Positions 19,375 through 27,464 of a DNA stretch of 64,000 nucleotides are shown here, in pieces (position 1 is the first letter of the stretch; each line of letters starts with the position of its first letter). The stretch is from an uncultured cyanobacterium. Its GTDB lineage: Bacteria > Cyanobacteriota > Cyanobacteriia > Phormidesmidales > Phormidesmidaceae. Made by a program: the position numbers and the translations under genes. The stretch lies in contig CAWBZI010000002.1 of the NCBI GenBank assembly GCA_963793265.1, positions 1 through 64,000 on the forward strand, given 5' to 3'. Under the pieces are notes generated by a model. The model saw nothing but the letters and a program-made list of their open reading frames with translations. It was not told where the DNA came from and searched no databases.

Positions 19375-20073
19375 ATGACCGATTGGCCGAAGTCAGCAGT
19401 TTCGGCTCTGTCAGAAAATAAAGGATGCTTTTCCTCAAAACCTTCCATGTTGAAAGCTCGGTATTCAAATCGGTATTCAAATCGGCATTCAAACATTCCT
19501 CGGTTAGCGGGTCTGTTTGCCTTAGCTGTTGCCAACTTAGCGCTCACCCCCAATACTCAGCCTGAACCCGGCTGGCAAGCATGGCAACCGCTAACAGAAT
19601 CTTCCTTAGCGGGCACAGTCTCTGACGTGACCACCGCTGACTTCGGTCTTCAGTTCGATTTTGAACAGGCTTGTGAGCGGGCAGCTGCGCCAGGAGCAGA
19701 TGTTAGCTATTGGTATCGGACGAGTCACCTAATAGAGCAAATCGGTATCGGCGAGACTCAGGTGGGCTGCTGGGCCAACGGCTCGTTTTTGCGGACACGC
19801 GCTCTTGTATCAATTAGCCTCTCGCCCGTGACCTGCCTCCAGGTTTCAACAGACCGGGGCAGGGGGCTAAACATCCGCTCAGGGCCAGGGTTATGGTATT
19901 CCCGCATCGGCTTAGCGGCCAACGGCTCACAGATTCGCCCCTCTGACTCTATTTCTGCGCTTGTGACCGACGATAGCGGACGCCAGTGGCTAGAGATAGA
20001 CACGCCTCAGTCAGGCTATGTCTCGCTCCAGGCTGCGCCCGGAGAACACCTAAACTTATCGCCCTGTAATTGA
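19375..20073 (+). CDS. SH3b-domain secreted protein
   Basis: C-terminal GLNIRSGPG...W.EI..P..GYVS. 12-bp repeat GGTATTCAAATC x3 near 19460. Confidence 0.7.
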   Translation: MTDWPKSAVSALSENKGCFSSKPSMLKARYSNRYSNRHSNIPRLAGLFALAVANLALTPNTQPEPGWQAWQPLTESSLAGTVSDVTTADFGLQFDFEQACERAAAPGADVSYWYRTSHLIEQIGIGETQVGCWANGSFLRTRALVSISLSPVTCLQVSTDRGRGLNIRSGPGLWYSRIGLAANGSQIRPSDSISALVTDDSGRQWLEIDTPQSGYVSLQAAPGEHLNLSPCN

Positions 20074-21336
20074 GTCTATGGCCACTGCGATCGCCCGCTC
20101 CTTCTGTGGATCCGCGCCCTGGGCATACTCAGGAGAAAAGGGCACCAAGATATCCGGCGTTACCCCGACGCCCTCTAGCCGAACCGCTTCATCCACATAC
20201 ACATCCCCTACCGCCACATAGAGCAAACTCTCGTCCGGCATGATAAAAGCGCGTCCGGCGGTTACCGCCCCAGCGGTAGTCGTGCCCACAACTGGCCCAA
20301 TCTCGTAGGCCTGAAAGCCATAGGCTAACATCTCTTTAGCGCTGCGACTGCCTTCATTCACCAGCATGACCACCGGCTTGCTCCACTGGCTTTGGTAAGT
20401 GAAGGGCTCACCACTGCGTCCTACATTGGTTACACTTGGCCCTCTCGCCGTAAAAATATGCAGCGCAGTCGGCGGCGCGCCGCCCCATCCATCTCTTAAA
20501 TCTAGTACCAGCGCATCAGCCTCTTTCAACGGGCCAAACATCAGCGCTTCTTCCAGCTTTTCTTGATACTGATCGCCCGCATAAGACCAAACATGCACAT
20601 AGCCAATCCGCTGCCCCGCCTTGTCAACAACTTCGATACTCTCTTCCATCGCATCCAAAAACATCGTCACCCCGTCGTATAGCTCAGGCGTCAGCGCGAT
20701 TGTCTTTTGGCTAGCGGGATTGGGCGATAGCTGCACCTGTAGGCTAATAGGCTGATTCGCTTTGTTCGCAAAAGACTGAATCGGCTGAAAAGGCTGACCC
20801 TCTACGCTGATGATTTGGTCGCCCACTTGCAGCCCTGCCGCCGCTGCAGGACTGCCGTCAAAAACGGCTTTAACAAACGTTTTATCCCTTTTTTGAAAAG
20901 TAACCGCGCCCATGCCTGTATATTCAATCTTGCCCGTCGAAAAAGTCTCCTGAAGCTGCGTTTGGAGATCGGGCGATCGCGGATAAAAAATGCCAAGCAG
21001 TTGATAGTAGGCAGGGTCATCCGCAGTATAAAGGTGAGTATGAGATGTGTTGAGTTCAGCGAGCATTTCATTAATCAAAGCTGCGCCTTCTGTAGGAGAC
21101 GAAGCGCCAATTACGCGCGGGCGGTACTGATCTCTTTCAGCCGCCCAATCTACGCCATTGAAGTCAGGGTCATAAAAATTATCATTGACAGTCTCCCAAA
21201 CAGCGTCAAACAGCTCTGATTGTGCTAATGAAGCCGATACCCATGGCCTCTGCCCGATTACAAAAAGCAAGCACACAAGCGTGGTGATCAATACACCTAA
21301 ACCGCGTTTGTATCGTCTAAAAACCATATGCATCAC
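20056..21336 (-). CDS. S41 family (tail-specific/tricorn-like) peptidase with PDZ domain
   Basis: FYDPDFNGVDW, GSPAAAAGL (PDZ), LDLRDGWGG, SRSAKE and GVGVTPD motifs. Confidence 0.92.
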   Translation of the reverse strand: MMHMVFRRYKRGLGVLITTLVCLLFVIGQRPWVSASLAQSELFDAVWETVNDNFYDPDFNGVDWAAERDQYRPRVIGASSPTEGAALINEMLAELNTSHTHLYTADDPAYYQLLGIFYPRSPDLQTQLQETFSTGKIEYTGMGAVTFQKRDKTFVKAVFDGSPAAAAGLQVGDQIISVEGQPFQPIQSFANKANQPISLQVQLSPNPASQKTIALTPELYDGVTMFLDAMEESIEVVDKAGQRIGYVHVWSYAGDQYQEKLEEALMFGPLKEADALVLDLRDGWGGAPPTALHIFTARGPSVTNVGRSGEPFTYQSQWSKPVVMLVNEGSRSAKEMLAYGFQAYEIGPVVGTTTAGAVTAGRAFIMPDESLLYVAVGDVYVDEAVRLEGVGVTPDILVPFSPEYAQGADPQKERAIAVAIDSITGR

Positions 21337-21376
21337 TCACCAAACCCTCGATTAAGACATCGGCCTCCAGACTAGC

Positions 21377-22057
21377 CTACTCAATCAACCCACCTCGCAA
21401 AGTAGCCACTGCGGCCTGTACGCGATCATCTACCGACAGCTTGTTCATAATGCTACGCAGATGAGTTTTAACGGTGCTGATACTCAGAAAGAGTTCGGAG
21501 GCAATCTCAGGATTGCTTTTGCCCTCAACGATCAAAGCCAGCACATCTAGCTCCCGCTTCGAGAGATTGACGCTAGGTGGATTGGGGCGCGCATACTGCA
21601 AGTGATTAAACACCCGACGAGCAATCTGCGGATCTAGATAAGCCGCGCCGCTACAGGCACAGTTAATCGCTACCGCTAGCTGGTCTAGGCTAGTGCCCTT
21701 TACGCAGTAGGCATCTGCGCCACTAGCCAAGGCCGCAATCATTTCATCCTCTGCGGTGTGCGAAGTCAGCATCACAACTCGAACGTCAGGCCGTTCTTGC
21801 TTAATCTGCTGAGTGGCTGCGATGCCATCTAGCTGGGGCAGGCCAATATCCATGACGGCTAAATCAGGGCTAAGATCGAGTGCTAAGGCAATTCCCGAAT
21901 AGCCATCTTCAGCCCTACCAACCACCTGAAAACCATCGTAGTCTTCTAAAAACTGCTCTAACCCTAACTGCATTATCGGGTCATCTTCTACAATCACAAT
22001 TTTCAAGGATGCCTGAAATTGTCTGCTAGTGCTAGAAGCAAGGGGTTTACTTAGCAT
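21377..22057 (-). CDS. NarL/FixJ-family response regulator (REC plus LuxR HTH)
   Basis: VEDD, MDIGLP, LSKRELDVL...GKSNPEIA...STVKTH motifs. Confidence 0.95.
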   Translation of the reverse strand: MLSKPLASSTSRQFQASLKIVIVEDDPIMQLGLEQFLEDYDGFQVVGRAEDGYSGIALALDLSPDLAVMDIGLPQLDGIAATQQIKQERPDVRVVMLTSHTAEDEMIAALASGADAYCVKGTSLDQLAVAINCACSGAAYLDPQIARRVFNHLQYARPNPPSVNLSKRELDVLALIVEGKSNPEIASELFLSISTVKTHLRSIMNKLSVDDRVQAAVATLRGGLIE

Positions 22058-22123
22058 AACTCTCTTTTCAATAAGAATTTCATTTCATTCAGACGGTTCA
22101 GAGCACTGATTGCAGCAAATTCT

Positions 22124-22450
22124 AATACCAAATCCGAATAAATCTGCCCCCTAAATATAGAACGCTCATTCACGGCCACCAGTGATAGTTTGTGAGCGCC
22201 TGCACCTCATCAGTCATCGATAATAGTGTGAGGCACCGTTGAGCGAGGACATCTTCAAGGTCATCAATCGTGTCAAAGCATCGATTGACCAACGGTTCGC
22301 CTGCGGTTCGCCGTAGCCGCTCAGCCGATTGTAGCTCAGGCGAGTAGGGCGGCAATAGTTCTAAGTGAATCCCTTCTGGCACCACTACTTTGTCACTTCT
22401 GTGCCACCCGGCCCCATCGATGACCAGTAAAATCTGCGTGTTTGCACCAG
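22124..22450 (-). mobile_element. IS630-family 3' remnant
   Basis: DGAGWH...LPPYSPELQSAERL...LTNYHWWP, followed by a CGGATTTGGTATTA-type end. Confidence 0.8.
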
Positions 22451-22459
22451 TACAGCCGC

Positions 22460-22730
22460 GAGCTACTAAACTAACTGTCCGATTCATTGATGAGTATTGC
22501 GAGCCTTAGCGAGATCTATTCATCGAAGTAAGAAGCTTCAAGGCATTCAAACATCTTCACGCTGGGATGCTTTCTGAAGTCAAACGAAAATCTCTACCCG
22601 CCATCGCTAAAGCCACAGGGCTGCCGAATTCACAATCGCTACAACACTTTTTATGCGAGTCGCCGTGGTCAGTGCCCGCTTTGAAAGAATGCCGCCTCGA
22701 ATTAATTCTTCAAGCCGTCGCTATGACAGG
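22460..22730 (+). mobile_element. IS701-family 5' remnant
   Basis: GMLSEVKRKSLPAIAK..GL.NSQSLQHFL.ESPW motif. Confidence 0.75.
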
Positions 22731-22895
22731 ACAGTGGCTTCTAAGACATCGGACAATACGGTGGTTGCAGCCTTTCTCCAAGCATCGTGATTGGATACCA
22801 ATTGTATTCTTAATGGTAAGGCTGCACTATCCCCAGTGGGGGCATTTATTTATAGAACAACATAGATATAAAGCATTATTAGTTTCCCATCCCCC

Positions 22896-22948
22896 GTTCT
22901 GTTCTTTTGATAGCTGTTCTTTTGATAGCTGTTCTTCTGATAGCTGTT
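22896..22948. repeat. 15-bp tandem repeat CTGTTCTTTTGATAG (about 3 copies) upstream of phoA
   Basis: Directly visible in the sequence. Confidence 0.85.
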
Positions 22949-22981
22949 AGCAAAGACCTTACAGAGACTATTTCATAAGTT

Positions 22982-23022
22982 CTTACAGTTATCTTAATCT
23001 CGAAATTACGTTCTCTTTATAT
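22982..23022 (+). promoter_or_regulatory. Putative Pho box (weak)
   Basis: 8-mers at 11-bp period: CTTACAGT 22982, CTTAATCT 22993, AATTACGT 23004, CTTTATAT 23015, against the cyanobacterial consensus PyTTAAPyPy(T/A). Confidence 0.45.
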
Positions 23023-23077
23023 TCTATAGACATGGTAGGGGTGCTCTGGCGAGACTATTCTTACAAGGCTCACATCT

Positions 23078-26000
23078 ATGTCTAGCAACGTAATTTTTAT
23101 TCATCCTGACGGAGCCGATCCGTCTCATTTCGCTGCGGCGCGATTTGAATCAGTCGGCCCAGACGGTCGTCTTAACTGGGATGAGGCACCTGAATCAGCG
23201 GTATATCTGGGCCACCTCGATGATGCGATTGTGGCTACTTCCAACGCGGGCGCGGTTGTTCATGCGTATGGCGTTAAAGCAGTTGCACCTAGCTATGGCT
23301 TTGATGAAAATGGTGAGGAGTACGTCTCTTTGGCAGGTCTGCAAAATCAGAATGTGGCAGGCTCTCAGAACGACTTCACAATATTAGAAGAGGCAGCGGC
23401 GGCAGGTCGTCCAACGGCAATTATCAACTCTGGGTTTATTGCTGAGCCGGGTACGGGCGTTTTCTTCGCAGATGCAGAAAGTCGGAGCGATCGCGAAGGC
23501 ATCACCGCACAGCTCTTCTTTGATGCAGAAAGTGACGGCACCATCGCTGAAGGGACAACTCCCAGGGCTAAATACAACGTCATTATGGGCGCTGGCGAGC
23601 AAGACTATCTACCGGTCGGCGTTAGCGGTGTCTTTGGTGAAGGTGCCAGAGAAGATGGACTGAACCTGATCGAAATCGCAGAAGACCTTGGCTATACCGT
23701 TGTCTATAACCAAGAGCAGCTAGATGCGCTAGATCCAGCCACTGAAAACATTCTAGGCATCTTCGCCTCCGACGACACCTACAATGACGTTCCCGAAGGT
23801 GAACTGGTCAACCGCGGTCTAACCCAGCCAGATGGCTCCTTGGTTACCTACGGCCAGCCCGTCGCTGATGCGCCAAACCCCAACGGTCTGGTGCTCGATA
23901 CCGATGGCGACGGCTTCACCGATCCACCAACCGTCGGCGACATGCTAGAGGCAACCCTAGCGCTGGATCTTTTTGCGAATGAGGGTGACGAAGAAGGCGA
24001 AGGGTTCTTTATTGTCTTAGAAGAAGAAGGGACTGACAATTTTGGTAACAACAACAATGCTCGCGGCACCATAGATGCCACGCTACGGGCAGATGAGGCC
24101 ATCGGAGCCGCCCGCGACTTTATTGATAACGTTCAGTCCAACACGTTTGTGGTTACCGCAGCTGATAGTGCTGGCGGTAGTCTAGAGGTTGACGATGTTA
24201 CTGGCGAAACGGTCGGTACACTTACGACTCAGCGACAGCTCGACGCAGAAGGCAACAACAGCGGCGTTACCGTTCCTTTTGACGGAACGACCGGTAGCGA
24301 CACGGCTCCTTTTGTAGCTGCGCCTGCCGATAACGGCAACGTGTATGAGTTTGGCGTTAATTGGGCTGGTCTGCCCGACTTTGCTGGCAGCATTGTGACT
24401 AAGGCCTATGGCGAAGGCGCAGAGCGCTTACCCGGCACTATTGACAACACGGCTATCTACCGCTTGATGTACGAAAGTCTGTTCGATGTTAGCTTAGAAT
24501 CCCCTACCGGCGTTCCAGACGATCTAGCCCCTCGTCAGGCTCCTGAACCCACCGCAGATACAGGCAATGTCATCTTTGTGCATCCAGACGGAACTAGCCC
24601 CTCGCACTATGCAGCAGCTCGACTTGCCACCGTGGGTACCGACGGTCGGTTGAACTGGGATCAGATGAGCAATGCCGGGGTGTATCTAGGTCATATTGAC
24701 GACCGATTAGTGGCAACCTCTAATGCAGGTGCGGTGGTGCATGCTTACGGCGTTAAGCCATTTGCAGGCAGCTATGGCTTCGATGCACCGGTTGAAGAAG
24801 GCGGTGAGGAGATTGTTGCGCTCTCTGGCTCTAACAACACCATTATGAAAGAAGCTCAAGCAGCGGGTAAGGCTATTGGTATTATCAACTCGGGCTTTAT
24901 TGCCGAACCGGGTACTGGCGTTTTTCTCGCAGACGTAGACAACCGTGGAGAAACAGAGGAGATTACAGCCGAGATTCTTGACTCTGGCGCTCAGGTTATT
25001 CTCGGCGGTGGCGAGACTGATTATTTGCCTGTAGGCACCGTCGGCGTTTTTGGAGAAGAAGGGACTCGCGAAGATGGCCGCAATTTAATTGAGGAAGCTG
25101 AAGCAGCTGGTTATACCGTTGTCTTCACTCGCGAAGAACTGCTAGCTGTTGACACTAACACCACCGATAAGTTGCTGGGTATCTTCGCTGCTGAAGATAC
25201 TTACAACGATCTTTTTGAGGACGAGTTGCGACGCGATGGTTTCGTCGATGAGAATGGCGAGTTGATTCTCTATGGCCAGCCACCGCTCAACCCCAATCCG
25301 CCTACCGTCGCGGAGATGACATCGGTTGCACTGCCCATCTTGAACGCCGACCCAGACGGCTTCTTTCTTGTTTTAGAAGAAGAGGGTACCGACAACTTTG
25401 GAAACGACAACAATGCGGCTGGAACGATTGAAGCTGCCATCCGCGCGGACGAAGCGCTTGGCGTGGCATTGGACTTTGTGGATAACATTGATCCTAATAC
25501 GCTGGTGATTACTGCAGCTGATTCTGATGCGGGTGGTTTAGAAGTAGACGATGTACCCATCGGTGAAGGCACTTTCGGGCTCACCGAGCCTGAGTCAAAC
25601 GACACGATTCGGGTACAGGCTGAGACAACGGCCTTTGGCCCTGATGCAGATGGCATTCCGGTGCAGCTTGATGATACGGATGGCAGCAACGATGTTCCTG
25701 GATTTAGTACCGATGTCTACGAGCCGTTTACAACCGGTGCGCCCGATGCGGATGGCGATATCTTTGACTTTGGCGTTGCCTGGGCGACGAACTCTGACGT
25801 GAATGGTGGCATTGTCTCTAAAACCTACGGTCTCAATGCTGACTTACTGCCTGCGACGACCGACAATACTGATATCTACCGCGTTATGTATCAAACCTTG
25901 TTTGGTGCGCCCCCGGAAGAGATTGCATCAAACCGCTCTACGGGCATCAGCTTTGATGAAAAAATCTTCGGTACAGCTGTTGATGATGCCTTCTCAGGCA

Positions 26001-26368
26001 CTGCGAATGACGATATCATCTTTGGCCTTGAGGGTAACGATACGCTCCTTGGAGAAGAGGGCAGCGACGTTATCTTTGGCGATGAGGGTGACGATCTTCT
26101 CTTTGGTGGTAATGATGGCGAAGAGATTCTCTTTGGCGGTAGCGGTGCGGATACATTTAGTCTTGGTGCGGGCGCGGGCGTAGGCATTATTATGGACTTC
26201 GAGAATGCGGATCTGATTGGTCTTGAAGGCGGCATCAGCGCAGGCAGTCTATATAAAGTACAAGATGGCGATAACACGGTTATTGGTACTTTTGAGGGTG
26301 ACCTACTCGCCGTTGCCGTTAATACTACGGTCGATCAGCTTACGAACGATAGGTTTATTGCTGTATAA
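23078..26368 (+). CDS. Tandem two-domain alkaline phosphatase (PhoA superfamily, atypical ligands) with RTX/T1SS-type C-terminus
   Basis: Two repeats of NVIF(I/V)HPDG...VATSNAGA...EEEGTDNFGN...TAADS. GGxGxD repeats and the shared C-terminal module. Confidence 0.85.
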   Translation: MSSNVIFIHPDGADPSHFAAARFESVGPDGRLNWDEAPESAVYLGHLDDAIVATSNAGAVVHAYGVKAVAPSYGFDENGEEYVSLAGLQNQNVAGSQNDFTILEEAAAAGRPTAIINSGFIAEPGTGVFFADAESRSDREGITAQLFFDAESDGTIAEGTTPRAKYNVIMGAGEQDYLPVGVSGVFGEGAREDGLNLIEIAEDLGYTVVYNQEQLDALDPATENILGIFASDDTYNDVPEGELVNRGLTQPDGSLVTYGQPVADAPNPNGLVLDTDGDGFTDPPTVGDMLEATLALDLFANEGDEEGEGFFIVLEEEGTDNFGNNNNARGTIDATLRADEAIGAARDFIDNVQSNTFVVTAADSAGGSLEVDDVTGETVGTLTTQRQLDAEGNNSGVTVPFDGTTGSDTAPFVAAPADNGNVYEFGVNWAGLPDFAGSIVTKAYGEGAERLPGTIDNTAIYRLMYESLFDVSLESPTGVPDDLAPRQAPEPTADTGNVIFVHPDGTSPSHYAAARLATVGTDGRLNWDQMSNAGVYLGHIDDRLVATSNAGAVVHAYGVKPFAGSYGFDAPVEEGGEEIVALSGSNNTIMKEAQAAGKAIGIINSGFIAEPGTGVFLADVDNRGETEEITAEILDSGAQVILGGGETDYLPVGTVGVFGEEGTREDGRNLIEEAEAAGYTVVFTREELLAVDTNTTDKLLGIFAAEDTYNDLFEDELRRDGFVDENGELILYGQPPLNPNPPTVAEMTSVALPILNADPDGFFLVLEEEGTDNFGNDNNAAGTIEAAIRADEALGVALDFVDNIDPNTLVITAADSDAGGLEVDDVPIGEGTFGLTEPESNDTIRVQAETTAFGPDADGIPVQLDDTDGSNDVPGFSTDVYEPFTTGAPDADGDIFDFGVAWATNSDVNGGIVSKTYGLNADLLPATTDNTDIYRVMYQTLFGAPPEEIASNRSTGISFDEKIFGTAVDDAFSGTANDDIIFGLEGNDTLLGEEGSDVIFGDEGDDLLFGGNDGEEILFGGSGADTFSLGAGAGVGIIMDFENADLIGLEGGISAGSLYKVQDGDNTVIGTFEGDLLAVAVNTTVDQLTNDRFIAV

Positions 26369-26385
26369 CCGGCGGTATGTACTTC

Positions 26386-26441
26386 GGGCGATCGCGCCTC
26401 TAAAACAACCGCGCTCGCCAATCAACTATGAACGAACCCCC
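26386..26441 (+). repeat. 3'-UTR element, copy 1
   Basis: GGGCGATCGCGCCTCTAAAACAACCGCGCTCGCCAATCAACTATGAACGAACCCCC, near-identical to 30013-30070. Confidence 0.85.
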
Positions 26442-26455
26442 GTATCCCAAAGGCT

Positions 26456-26983
26456 TCATTTAGCCTCTGGGCTTTTTCTTAGTACTTGTCTGAGCTGGAT
26501 GAGCGATCGCAGCCACTGCTGAGCAGGTTTGTCGAAAAAGGTAAAGATGTCACCGAAGGCGATCGCGCCATTTTCGTGATGAACCCAGTGCTCTTCGGGC
26601 GTAACCACCCACAGCATATTGCATGTCTTCTGAATCCACTCCGGCGTTTGCCAACCCATCTTAGTCGTGTGCCGCCATACAACGTGGAATTCACCAAACA
26701 CTAACCCCAATACTGTTCCAACTGGAGAAAGCGGCCATAGGACAAAAGCAAAAACAATGTAAGGAAGCGCGCCTAATAGTCCATCTAGCATGACTAGCGG
26801 GTGTCTAGAAAGGACTGCATAATGCTGAAACGTCTGCTTAGTCTCATGATGAATTCGACAGTGCAGTTTACCAATGGCATGTTCTGGAACGTGATAGGCA
26901 AACGTGGAAACAAAGTCGCCCATTAAAAGTAAAAGGCATAGCGCAGACGCTGCCTTAAGCGTTTCTATTAAAATCAAAAACAA
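26456..26983 (-). CDS. Fatty acid hydroxylase/sterol desaturase family protein
   Basis: His boxes YHVPEH, HCRIHH, HVVWRH and HWVHH with TM segments. Confidence 0.8.
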   Translation of the reverse strand: MFLILIETLKAASALCLLLLMGDFVSTFAYHVPEHAIGKLHCRIHHETKQTFQHYAVLSRHPLVMLDGLLGALPYIVFAFVLWPLSPVGTVLGLVFGEFHVVWRHTTKMGWQTPEWIQKTCNMLWVVTPEEHWVHHENGAIAFGDIFTFFDKPAQQWLRSLIQLRQVLRKSPEAK

Positions 26984-27180
26984 GCTCGCGAAGCCTCTAG
27001 TAACATATCTTGCCGTACGTATATTAGAGAAATATTGAGAGCGAACTAAATCTACCGTAAGATTGGGTTAAGAGTAAGTGGATGATGTTGAGCGTAGCTG
27101 AATAGAGAAAGAGAACACAGCATTCTCTTGTAATTTTGTCCAGAGTATTGTTTAAACGAAACCAAGGTATTGAAGAATAT

Positions 27181-27232
27181 CTTGAAGATAGCTTATAGAG
27201 GTTTTATTGCCATCTTAATACTGCATTAATCT
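27181..27232 (+). promoter_or_regulatory. Putative Pho box array
   Basis: In-phase 11-bp-period 8-mers: CTTGAAGA 27181, CTTATAGA 27192, TTTATTGC 27203, CTTAATAC 27214, ATTAATCT 27225. Confidence 0.55.
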
Positions 27233-27464
27233 CTCCAAAGGATATTGATTTAGCTACGAAGTAAAGTACTTTCTCTGCATTCTTAAAGTCTTTGAGCACA
27301 AGCTATTTAAGGTTAAGAACGCAATCGGGTGGTGCTGATTTTGCCATGGCAAGAGGTGGAAGAGTAAGTACCGATTGGTGTCATCGGCCCGATGGTTTAC
27401 CCAAGAAAGCGCAATAGCGTTATCAGTGAGTCTCAGTTGTTAAGAAAAATTATAGTGGTGACAA

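Noticed and set aside
18345..22948. Short tandem repeats (15 bp at 18.4 kb, 12 bp at 19.46 kb, 15 bp at 22.9 kb) as CRISPR arrays
   Set aside because: The units are contiguous with no unique spacers, they are too short, and there are no cas genes.
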